DNA of 64,000 nucleotides, from assembly GCF_011386835.1 (NCBI RefSeq), contig NC_088797.1:100688001-100752000 (forward strand). The letters run 5' to 3'. A program made the position numbers and the translations under genes. Shown here piece by piece: positions 52,842 to 64,000 of this stretch. The notes beneath the pieces are model-generated. The model ran no database searches, was not told the origin of the DNA, and saw only the letters and a list, made by a program, of their open reading frames with translations. Numbering within the stretch: the stretch's first letter is position 1; every line of letters begins with the position of its first letter. This DNA is from Chrysemys picta bellii (Eukaryota).

Positions 52842-55800
52842 GGTGATGATTCATGAGTCTGAAAGAATTAAGCTTGACTCAGATTCAGGCTGACTTTGCA
52901 GGACACAATAAACATGGAAGCACACAATGCCATTTTTTTATAGTCACTTTTCAGAAGAGAAGTGCAGTTGAAGCACTTGTTGTTTCTCCCTATTCTCAAA
53001 TATTTTACAAGTGTAACCGAAGGTCACACTGCTTCGAATAACAGTAGTTTCACCTCTTATAGAAATTACTTTGCTGCTTATGTTTATGCGTTTGAATCAA
53101 TTGCCAGTTCACTGTGGGACAAACACTAGTTTCACTGTACAGGTCAAGTAAATGAACTGTACACCGGAGACGTCTGCGGAGAATCAGGGAAGACAAAAGT
53201 CTGCCCCAGACCCTGGAGTAGCAGGAGAGTTACTCTGCAGCTGTGCGCTTAGCCTCTACAATTGCTAGTTTCTCCCACCCATAGGGTAGGGAGGTTGGCC
53301 TGTGAATCTGCATAGTTTGATATCCAGTAACCATGACCCTTAACAATGTTACATGATACACAGGTTGTAACTTCAGTGGCATTACAATATGGATGCATTT
53401 GACCAAATGAGAACTTCTATCCACTTCTGGGGGGACAAAAAATAGATTTCTTATTTTGAAAAAATACTTCAAACTTTTATTTTGTGGGAAACTTAAGGCT
53501 GAACCACTCTTATGTTCACTTGACTTTAGACAATTATAATTTAAATAACACTTGGCTTTACATCAATTTAGTATTACATAGATCTCTTAAATAATATACT
53601 CAGGGATGGCAAATTCAATTTGACAAGACGGCATTATTGCCCATTTCATTTTGTATTATCCAGGTCAGCCCAGAATAGGAAGGGTATCATGTGGTAAAAG
53701 ACTCTATTTAGCATGTCACAGTCACCGGAGGTTGTTTTGTATCTCCAAGAACCTTTGTAACTGCCTCAAAATAAGAGATGATTGATTTACAAAGTACCAA
53801 ATTTCAAATTTCATATTCTAGGGCTAAACAAGAAATAATTGGACAAAGCTGTCCCCCTGTCTGACCCACCACAATCAAGCCCCTTTCAAGGTTGACTGCC
53901 TGCATGAGAAATATGTGCATAATTTCATTTTGTCTCCCGTCCAACATCCAATGTTAGAAGTTAATTAAATTGCTTGTCCATTGTATTCATCCACTTACAA
54001 AGTTAATGATATTCTGTTCCTGAATTAAAGAGAATTTTATAAAGCCTGCACTATGGAACCTGGCATGCTGAACATTGAGAAGCTGAACTCTGTCATAGTT
54101 CCTGATTGCAACTCTTCTAATTAGGAAACAAAATGAATGTTTCTGTGTCTGCCAATGCAGAGGACAAGTCATTCCAACAGTGAGGCTAAATGCTTTGTAC
54201 AATAGCAACTTAATAATATCTCATGTTTGACTATAATAAATTCTGCAGGATTAATAAACCTGTTAAAATTTTAAATTACCATAACAAAGATGAACTGCAG
54301 TGTAACAAGACAGCCTTTAAAAAAAAAAAAAGACAGTTTTGAGGGAAAGAAGTGGCTTTTTGCAAGGACATCAGGCCCTGCATATATACAAATTATCAGG
54401 GTATTCTTGGTTACAATGCGGGTAAGCAAAGGGTTCAAGAATTTTAAAATCATAGCAGGAGGGCAGTACATGCACTGAGATCAGCTAAGATGCTAAAGAA
54501 ACTAAAATTAATAACTTTACTCAAACGTGGCTTTTCATAGCTTTGGCCTAGCTAGGTGGGTCTGATTGCAGTGCTGATAGATCTCCCTAAAAATCTTACA
54601 ATCCAAAATTCTGATTCAACAGTCATCAGTCTCAAATCAGATGATATCTGTAAAGGCAGCTTCTGGCACCCAGGCAATGTCATGGTAAATTACATTGCAA
54701 CTTTACATGTGGTCAGAGGACAGAAGTGAAGGAGAGTAAAGGCTACCACATACTATCCTCCTGCTGAGAACGTACTTGATGGTGTCAACTGGAAGCTATA
54801 TTTCTAAATAAACTATGTAGTAGAGGCTGGTGACAACTGGATAGGAATAGCTAACTGATTAGGTTGGGAAGGGACGGCCACACAGTAACACACTGCTGAT
54901 GCAACCTTCCTACCTGGAGGAAGCAAAGCACAACGAAGTTGAGAATGACAGGACTTGGAAGAGGAAAGAGTTACAAGGACTCAGCACTTTCCTTCCCTTC
55001 TAATGCCACTCGTTAGTCACCAGGCCTGCCAGTGATGGTACCTTGCTATCCTCCCCAGTGACTCACAGAGAGACACAAAAAACCTGGCAGAGTGTGGCTT
55101 ACTTTGCCTGCCTGCATCAGATGACATTAAAATTACGCTTCATTTCATAAGAGTAAAAGTCAGTTTTATCAGCATTTACAACAATCATTTTTTAAAAATA
55201 AATCAGATAAATCAATCACTCTTAGAAACCAGCTTGCACTGAGTCTGACACGTGCAGCTCCTTCTGCAAACAATTTTCAATACTGTAAAAATGTCAGATG
55301 TAGAGTATTTTCAGAGTATGTTTTATAAAAATCTATTATCACACTTTTTATTCAGTGGGATTGTATCAGTTTTTACCTAAACCAGAAACTCTAAATACTC
55401 GATGAAAAAAAAAATAGCTTAAACCTGAGATAGAAACAGACAAAAACATTTCCCAGTTGTCCATTTACTGAGGGTGTGTAGTGGCAGTGTCACCTTTCTT
55501 GTGAAATTACATTCTGGAATTTTGTATTGTGCTAGTAAGGCAGCAAGGCAAAGCACTTGTTGTTACTACTGGATTTTCTGATGTGGGATCAAAAGGTAAA
55601 ATTTGGAGGTACATTTTTTTCAAAATCTGGCTATCATTTCATGCACATTACCTATGTTGTCTTGTTCTAAAACAGACAACATTTACACTTTTAAAAGAAT
55701 ATTTTCACTAATATAACTTCTGTACATTGAAACTCAGTGAATACCACCACCAATAAAAAGTATTTAGTACAGCAATCACAATTGTGCTTTTAATTATGAA

Positions 55801-58405
55801 AATAACTTGATTAAGTTATACTCTTTGTATCTAAAAATGCAATCAATGAAATTTCATGTTAATTAAATCATGTGAGAAATTTGCATCATAATTAAAACCT
55901 CCGTATTTTCTTTGATCTTTCAGAGCCTTTTCAATCACAATTTCAATCTCATAATTTTTAGTGGGAATCAGATCTCATGCATTAGGTGTATAAATTAATT
56001 AAAATAAAATGCATTTTTAAGCGATGGCCAATAATTTAACATAAACTGTTTACAAACTACTGTCATTCATTAGGATTGTTCCTGCATGCATACTGTTACT
56101 GAAAAGCTTTAATTGATTTTTAAAATTACAATAATGTGGTGTAATCGCTGCCTACTTTTTCTCCTAATAACTTAATGCAAGTCCTTGATTTTCCTTAGCA
56201 TAAGGGAGGCCCCACTAGTGCTGCTGGCATTACTGCACATTTCGAAGGAGTGGTGGTAGTTGGATGTCATTCCTCACTTCTGTTTACCAGCTAACACAAT
56301 GACAGCAGCGTAAGCAGATCACGCACTACACATATTGTGCAGGTGGGCTGTAGCATGTGCTTCTTCTGAGTGTTCTTTAGAGAGCACCTCTGGAAGTATT
56401 ATACAAGCAAATAGCACTGCCCCCAACTAAGTGCTCCACTGGCTCTTAGAGCAATAATTTGGTGCAATTTACAAACTACAATTTTTTTGCTTGTTTTTAA
56501 TGATTTGAATCAGAGAAACAGATCCTCAGTACCATGTTATTGATAGAAGATCTTTCATCAAAAAAAAGAAATATAAACTAGAGTCTTGCAACAAGGGCCA
56601 AATATAATCTAGAGTAAACTGTAGTGCTAAAATATTAAAAGTAATGTTTTGTGGAATTAGACACTTATTTTTAAGAAAAGCAAGACAAAAGATTCTAAAT
56701 TCAAATTTGATTACATGAAAGATGTCAACATCTTTTATTATTATTATTTATTTTATTATTATTAACCCTTATTATTATCAACTTTCTTGTTGTACCCACT
56801 AAATACTATGGATTACAATATCTTCTTACCCATTATGCAGTTTAACTTCTATAGAATGATTTGGGACAAAACAGAAATGCTTGATAAAACAATGAATACA
56901 CAAACTGCCCACTATAATATATACAAATAACCCTTAGAAAATGTCTTCACAACTGATACAGAGGAACAAAAATTAAAAATAGTAATGGGTATTGATTTTA
57001 CTGTATATAAACAGACAAGATTCATTGCCCCAATTACCATTTTGCATAAAAATCTAATCCATTTTCCAAACAAACATGGGAATTAAGATGTGATTTACAG
57101 ACTCACTAATTACAAATTTATTCTGCACATATACATACAGTATTTATATAAAGTACATTTATATTCAATCTCTTTCAAATAATATATGACAAGAGGAGAG
57201 GATAACCTACAGAATAAGTGTATATGAAATATTAAACTTGCACAGGAATTTATTCTGGTAGATAGTTACTGTATGGAAGCCATCAGCACACAAACTTAGT
57301 TGCGGATTACTCTCACGTTATGGAAACCTTATTACACAACTAACAGAGGATTAAAAGATATTATGGGGGGGGGGGGGGAGCAAAATGAGGAAACAAAGCA
57401 GCCACTAACTATAGACTAGCTATATATCCGACTTGAGTAGACATCAGCATATTTAATGTAGCGATCAAAGTTCAAAGATGGAGAACGGAAAAAGTATCAC
57501 TGAAAATATCTATCATGAAATACTGAAAAAGCAGGATTGGAGGCTCTTTCTGCTTTTTAAATCTAGTCTGACTGCATCTTTCCCAATTGCTCTGCCAATT
57601 GCACTTAAATGATTTTCCTTGGTCTTAAAAGGCTTCAGTTCTGATGCATATTTGTTTTTTAATCTCTTTACCAAGATCAAGTACTATGAATTATTCTGTA
57701 ATTTAAGGTGTGATGTAGGCTTTAGTCTAATGAGTTCTGAGCATAATCCATCATGTTTCTTTTCCTTTCCTTTTTTTCCCCCTGCTATCTTTTCAAGCCA
57801 TCTAACCAGAATCTTCTTTCTGTGATCAGGGCTGCTGGATTCAAACCAAGCTACTAACAAGTGAAAGATTAATCCACTGAGCCATTAAAACCTTAAAACT
57901 ATTATTCTATTACCACAACAGTTTCTGAATAGTGATGCTACAAAAGAAAGTGGTTCTAAAAACCTGTGGCAGATACCCTGCTGGCATGTATAAAGATAAG
58001 TGGCTCTCCGAATGACTAAAATCAATTTTTGTAGTTTTATCTGAGCATCATATTTATTAACCTATGAAAATATAACAAGTATTTCACATCCATGAAATCC
58101 TTGTGAACTAGTACATCATCCAGACTGAAACAAACAAATCTTGGACACACACAAACACTGTTGTGTCAGTAATAGTCTACATATAATTTACCTAACAATA
58201 TCTCATAAGCAAGGAAATTAAAATTTAAGACATCTAACTGTACATGCTCTGCCTTTCCCCACTCCGGAGAAATATAGACAAGGCACAACAACCTTAACTC
58301 AGACCCAGTAAGGATGATGGCCTTCCAGATCCCACCATCAACTCCCCAAAAGATCAGACAAAACTCCCCATCCCATCTCACCACTATCTTTTCTGTTTAA
58401 TTCTG

Positions 58406-61233
58406 GAAAAGAGAGGTTACTAACCCTGTGCAGTAACTGGAGTTCAAGATTTGTGCTCCACTTCTGGTGTTTGTGTGTCCCATGCACACCTTCGGTCAGA
58501 GATTTTCATTACCAGTGTCCGTTCGGCCCACGCATGTGCTGCTGATATCCTCGTGTCCCACACTGAAGCTACATCAGTCTGCGTGAGCAAACTGCCCGCA
58601 GTTCCTTCTGTATCACTGAATCGCAGAAGGAAACTCTGAAGCAGAGGGTAAGGAGGGTGGGTAGTGGAGCACCGATAGGGACACACATTTCTAAGAACTA
58701 CAGTTACTGCACAGGGTGAGTAACCTCTTTTTCTTCTTCGAGTAGTGACCCTATGGGTGCTTCACCTCAGATGACTCCTAAGCAGTATCCCCAAAAGGAG
58801 GAGGGAGCTTCAGAATCGAGCCTGTACAGAAGAAAGATCTGCATTGCCAACTGCCACATCAGATCTAGAGGCCAGCAGGAACTGGATTGCTGGCAGCACT
58901 GTAATGATCTATAATACACCCCAACTCCATTTCAATAGTCTTTGGGTTGAAAAAGCAGAACCTTTAGATTTGTATGCAAAGGAACCAAACAGACTAGAGA
59001 TTTAGTAAATGATTTAATCCTATCCAGACAGAAGGTTAATGCCCTTCTGACATCTAGAGTATGAAAGGCAGCCTCCAGTTTTGAATCATGTTATTTTGGA
59101 AAGAAAACTGGTAGGTAATTGATTTGATTCAGATGATACTCAAAAGATACTTGAGGAAGAAACCTCTGGTGTGGTCATAAGGAAATTTTGTCCTTGTAGA
59201 ATATTGCGAAAGGAGGGTCGGCCATTAAGGGCCACAATCTTTCCAACTTTGTGGGCTGATGTAATAGCCACTAAGAAGGCTGTTTTTATGGCCAATTTCC
59301 GGAAGGAAGATTTCCATTGGTTCAAAAGGAGATTTCATTAGACTTTTAAGAACCAAATTAAGGTATCACACTGGGGTGGAGACTTTCACCGGTGGGAAGA
59401 AATTATCCAGACCGTATGGTTATAAAGTGACCAAAGAGCAAGAACTGGTCAATACTGGTATGAAAAGCTGTTAAGGCAGCCAAATGAACCTTCACAGAAA
59501 TAAGTGATAGTCTTCCTTGCTTTCGTCGCAGCAGGTATTCCAGAACAAGTGGAAGCAACCAGAATCGGGGTCAGCTTTCTGGAATTCACACCAGTGACTA
59601 AATCTTCTCCACTTCTGAAGGTAAGAATTTCTGGTAGAAACCTTTGTGCTATTTAGTAATAAATGTTGTACCTCTATTGACCAGACTGACTCTAACCCCA
59701 TCAACCATTGAGGAGCCACACCTTGAGGTGGAGAATGCGCAGACTGGGATGCAGCAGTTGATTGGCATCCTAGGAGAGGAGCTGAGGAGAGATTGAAAGT
59801 TTTACAGAGCTAGGTGAAACAGGTAAGTAAACCACATCTGCCTCAACAACATTGGGGCTATTAAGATAACTCTGGTCTTTAATTGCCTGATTTTGTTCAC
59901 CACTTTGAGAATCAGAGGCATCGGGAGAAATGCACAAAACAGGTTCTTCATCCAAGCGAGGAGGAAGGTGCTGACAAGAACCTGGGAATCCAACTCCCAT
60001 TCCTAGGCTTGGGGGACACACTTGCTGAGGAATCAGCTGTGACATTCTGCCTGCCCAGGAGATGCATAGCTGAAATTGTGAGGTCTTTTGAGGTGATTTC
60101 CTTAGGAGGAGAATTAGAGTTCCTCTTTTTTAGGTTCTTTAGAGAGGTCTCTGAGGCTCTCCCCTGTCTCAGACACTGTTATACCAAGCTCCAAGAGGTG
60201 CTAGAGACTCCTGGAGAGTTATGAACAGGGGAGTTCTCCTGTGCTGGCTCCAAAGTAGGTTGAAGGGAGCACTCCCAGTTGCAGCTTGATTTCCTCGTTC
60301 ATCCATGCCCTGGATTTGAGGGCTAAACAGAAGTTACACTTCTGAGGGACGTGACAGTGTCTCAGGCAGCAATGTCCGTCACTGACCAGCGTAGCCTCTC
60401 TACATGAGGCAATCTTTAAACCTCAGTGAACAAGGAACATTTCTCACAGGGAGATCTTCCCTGCAGGAAACGAAGCAATCTTTCAATAACCAGCAACTAA
60501 CTACTATTACTAACAAACTATCTAAACTAAATAATTTAAGAAGAACAAAGTCAGCAAACAGCAGAGGCATACACAATGCGGACACCCTAAGCTCTGTCTC
60601 AGGCAGCGGCAGTTGCAAAAAAAATGAAGGTGGTTTGCCTGCGCAGCCTAATACAACCCCCGTGCAGGGAATGAGGATATCAGCAGCATTGTCAGGGCCA
60701 GGTATTGGGCAGTCAGATCTAGTGGTTGGAGCCAGAGTCCATAGTCAGGAATCAGTTGGGTCAGGATATCCAGAGACAAACCAAAGATCAGAACCATAAG
60801 TCAGAGGTCTGGAGCCAAGCCAGGTCAGGACGCTGGAAAGTCAAGCAGGTGGAACAGGAGCCACAAGGTACACAGTCCAGAACAGGATGGATCCCAGTTG
60901 TTCAGACAGCTTCCTGCTCATGTTGCTGGCTTAAGTAGGGCCAGTGGGCCAATCAGCTACTCTGGGACTCTGCCAAAGGGTGGACTCTGTCAAGGGTGGA
61001 CCCTCAAACTGAGGCTGGGCTTCATGGGTCCTGGGTAACTGCTGTCAGCAGGCAGTCCAGTGGAGGGTTGCAGCATGGATGCTCCTGTGGACCTGAGTTT
61101 GAGGCCTGTGGGCCATGACAAGCACATGGATGGGCTAAATGGACACTTCTAATCAATATATCCAATCAAAGGCATGTTGGGCACACAGGCACCTAAAGTG
61201 GAGTACCCATAGAGTACTGTTCGGAAAAAAAAA
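58406..61233 (-). mobile_element. Decayed, heavily deleted DIRS1-like element (DIRS-C)
   Basis: Right terminus GAAAAGAGAGGTTACTAACCCTGTGCAGTAACTG; ICR CAGTTACTGCACAGGGTGAGTAACCTCTTTTTCTTCTTCGAG (~58701-58742); remnants of YR (KTAFLVAITSAHKVGKI, STRNSYLQKWRRF), MT (FCAFLPMPLILKVVNK…VILIAP), RH end (HLLGRQNVTADS) and gag finger (CLRHCHVPQKCNFC); the left ITR is split by a solo LTR. Confidence 0.85.
60690..61120. mobile_element. Solo LTR (Gypsy-like) inserted in the left ITR of DIRS-C
   Basis: TGTCA…TGACA ends; 5-bp TSD AGCAT/AGCAC; the right ITR preserves the empty site GATATCAGC-AGCAC-ATG in reverse complement. Confidence 0.8.
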
Positions 61234-63257
61234 GACATGCATTTTGATGCATATATGGCTCTGTGTGGAAAACCTTAAATGACATACAATACAGAGATTG
61301 TGTATGAATGGTTATTTAAAAAGCAACTCTATTCCTGAAGACCAGCATCGTCATTAATATGCTCAGATAACTCAGGTGGTGTGCTTTCTTGAAGGGACAT
61401 TTTGTCAAAGTTCTTGTTTTCCATACAAATTGGCTACCATTAGCTATTGCTTTGTCAAAGATCTCCCACCATGTAACACAAATACTGCTGGCCTAAAAAA
61501 AAAAAAAAAAAAAATTCATCTCTATTGTCATAGGCTCAAATTTCAAGTAGAGGGCACTGGAAGCATGTGACGTTAGGCAGTTATTATTGTTTTCCTGAAG
61601 AGTCTGAAAGTAGAAATTTAAAAAAAAAAATCTTCCCTAAAAGTCATTTCCATAAAAAAATGTTAGATTTTTCTTAAAAATTTGTTTTTTGATTAAGTAT
61701 TTTGCTTACTGTTTCCAGTTTTAATTTCACATCTTTTCCCTATTACCAATTTTGATTGGTTTGCTAAGTCATGTGATGAGAACTTACAAAAAAATGAATT
61801 TTTGAAAATGGAAATTTTTAATTTTGAAATTTCAAAAATTCATTTTTTGATTGGAGTGTTTTGCAACAGTTACACTGGAGGATTGAAGTAACTGACTGAT
61901 AACGTCTATTACCTACTGACTGCGTAAAAATTTCAGTTATAATGAATAATGCTACTATTTTTTTGGTTAATTTTTAAAAAGGTACTTACCCCAAAAGGGT
62001 TACTCTAAATCTCAATACTTACAAATTTCAGACTTTCTGAGACAGGTCTGATATACAAAAGATGCTGTAGAGCCCGTCTCACGTTTCATATTTCTTTTAT
62101 AACTGAGTGACTGGACAAATTTTGGGGAACTTGGAAGGAGAACAATGAAGACTTCCTGTGCTCTAGCAGGAATTTTTTTTCTGAATGTGGAGGACCTGAA
62201 GAGCTATGACTTATCAAAAAAAACCTTCTTGCCTGTACAATATATATTGGTCATGATCCTCAGCTTGATAAGGAATTGCAGGTGCCCTGATCTTAACAAG
62301 ACAGTCTTTCCCATGAGGTTATTCACAGCTATCAGGAAAGCAGTATACAAGAAGTCAGAACCCAAGCAGAAGTTGCCTTAGGCCTTCATCTACTTGAGAT
62401 CATTGAGGGCACCTGAATCCAGTGCCTAATGGTTAATGCATTAGAATGCAAGGCAATAGATGAATCCTCAAAATGATATTTGTAACTATCTCATGAGTTA
62501 TCCTGAACTAGGATTCCAGCTTGTTGTTGGAAGGGTCTTGAAGGTAAACCAGCCCCTCCATTGGATAAGCTGATGTCACCAAGGAGTTGACAGATGTGCC
62601 TACACTACAAAGAACCCAAGAAGTCTAGAGAAAACTACATAAAAAAAATTAAGTAAAAGATGTGGTTGCCATAGTATGCATCATCAGCTTGACTATCCAA
62701 GTTCTCACGAAACCTTCAAAATTGCCCAAACTACCTCAAATTATACCACTCTGGAGAAATGCATGCTACAGGTCGGGGAAAAAAAACAAACTACCCAGAA
62801 GTGCTCGGAGGCTGTTTGTCTTACAGTCTGTTTCCCTACATTTACATAGGATGAACTTGTGAACTTCTATGTCTGATCTCAACCTGAAACTTTTTTTTTT
62901 AACCTGCTCTTTTTTCTGTTGTCAAAATGTATGACACTCCTTACTGGAAAACTACAAGAAGTTCTCTCTCGTTAATAGCCATTCCATAAATTATGCTTCA
63001 TTGACAATGATCAAGTAATATTGACCCTTATCAAAATTTCACCTTGTTTGCAGTCTCTCTCCTTGGCACTGCTATCACCATCACACATATATATCCATCA
63101 TTTTTCAGCATAAAGTGAATGTCAGGCAGGAGCTGCCAGCAGATGTGTTTCAAGAGACGCTTAAAGTCATAAGGCATGTTATGCAGTTGACCCTCCAGCA
63201 AAGCACATATAGACCTTGACGCTTCCTCCACTTGTGTGAGTGGAAGAGAGCAAATAG

Positions 63258-64000
63258 TAATTTCCTGGTGCAAGTGCTGGAGGAATCAACTAGGGGCGGA
63301 GCTCTTCCAGACCTGCTGCTCACAAACCGGGAAGAATTAGTAGGGGAAGCAAAAGTGGATGGGAACCTGGGAGGCAGTGACCATGAGATGGTCGAGTTCA
63401 GGATCCTGACACAAGGAAGAAAGGAGAGCAGCAGAATATGGACCCTGGACTTCAGAAAAGCAGACTTTGACTCCGGCAGGGAACTGATGGGCAGGATCCT
63501 CTGGGAGAGTAACATGAGGGGGAAAGGAGTCCGGGAGAGCTGGCTGTATTTTAAAGAATCCTTATTGAGGTTGCAGGAAAAAAACATCCCAATGTGTAGA
63601 AAGAACAGTAAATATGGCAGGCGACCAGCCTGGCTTAACAGTGAAATCCTTGCTGACCTTAAACGCAAAAAAGAAGCTTACAAGAAGTGGAAGATTGGAC
63701 AAATGACCAGGGAGGAGTATAAAAATATTGCTCAGGCATGCAGGAGTGAAATCAGGAAGGTCAAATCACACTTGGAGTTGGCAGCTAGCAAGAGATGTTA
63801 AGAGTAACAAGAAGGGTTTCTTCAGGTATGTTAGCAACAAGAAGAAAGTCAAGGAAAGTGTGGGCCCCTTACTGAATGAGGGAGGCAACCTAGTAACAGA
63901 GGATGTAGAAAAAGCTAATGTACTTCATGATTTTTTTTGCCTCTGTCTTCACGAACAAGGTCAGCTCCCAGACTGCTGCACTGGGCAGCACAATATGGGG
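63258..64000 (+). mobile_element. 5'-truncated CR1 LINE ORF2 (endonuclease end and linker), continuing beyond the window
   Basis: NFLVQVLEESTRGGALPDLLLTNREELV…GNLGGSDHEMVEFRIL…LDFRKADFD…RRPAWLNSEILADLKRKKEAYKKWK; frameshift near 63780. Confidence 0.93.

Noticed and set aside
53154-53204. ELYTGDVCGESGKTKVC resembles a RAD51D Walker A region
   Set aside because: Short, needs gaps, has no flanking similarity or exon structure; likely chance.
53260-53300. Minus-strand LPYGWEK resembles the start of a WW domain
   Set aside because: No downstream aromatic cluster or second Trp/Pro, and no supporting splice context.
30734-64000. Search for the upstream INPP5A exon (ELLSSDAMKEYNRARVYLDENYKSQEHFT) here, and for the downstream exon (CKWSRKGFIRTRW) in 1-4654
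   Set aside because: Not found by eye; they probably lie outside the window, although a miss is possible.
1-64000. CRISPR arrays, rRNA, tRNA genes, operons
   Set aside because: No regularly spaced repeat-spacer array or full RNA gene seen; the DNA is eukaryotic intron. The only tRNA-related match is the LTR primer-binding site.

Overview
Vertebrate intronic DNA, most likely turtle (inferred from the hAT/Harbinger MITE, CR1, Penelope and DIRS families present). The only host-gene features found are two minus-strand coding exons of INPP5A (30670-30733 and 4655-4758), which splice in frame; the rest is intron, heavily filled with transposons. The centrepiece is a complete, apparently intact 6236-bp DIRS1-like tyrosine-recombinase retrotransposon at 9661-15896 (minus strand), with gag, RT/RNaseH/methyltransferase-like and YR ORFs, identical inverted terminal repeats and an internal complementary region (ICR). 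It sits inside the gag gene of an older decayed DIRS. Removing it restores the old reading frame and shows a 4-bp TTCT crossover core shared by both ends, the ICR junction and the empty target. Two further decayed DIRS copies lie at about 18750-23833 and 58406-61233, and all four are co-oriented with INPP5A. Other notable items are a TTT-TGA shifty-stop motif at the gag/RT junction, splice-site-like DIRS termini, an RS-rich Gag segment, two Penelope remnants with hammerhead-like motifs, a hAT remnant encoding a CGGBP1-like zinc finger, and a CR1 carrying nested Gypsy LTR and MITE insertions. All identifications were made by eye and from recalled family motifs; no database search was run.
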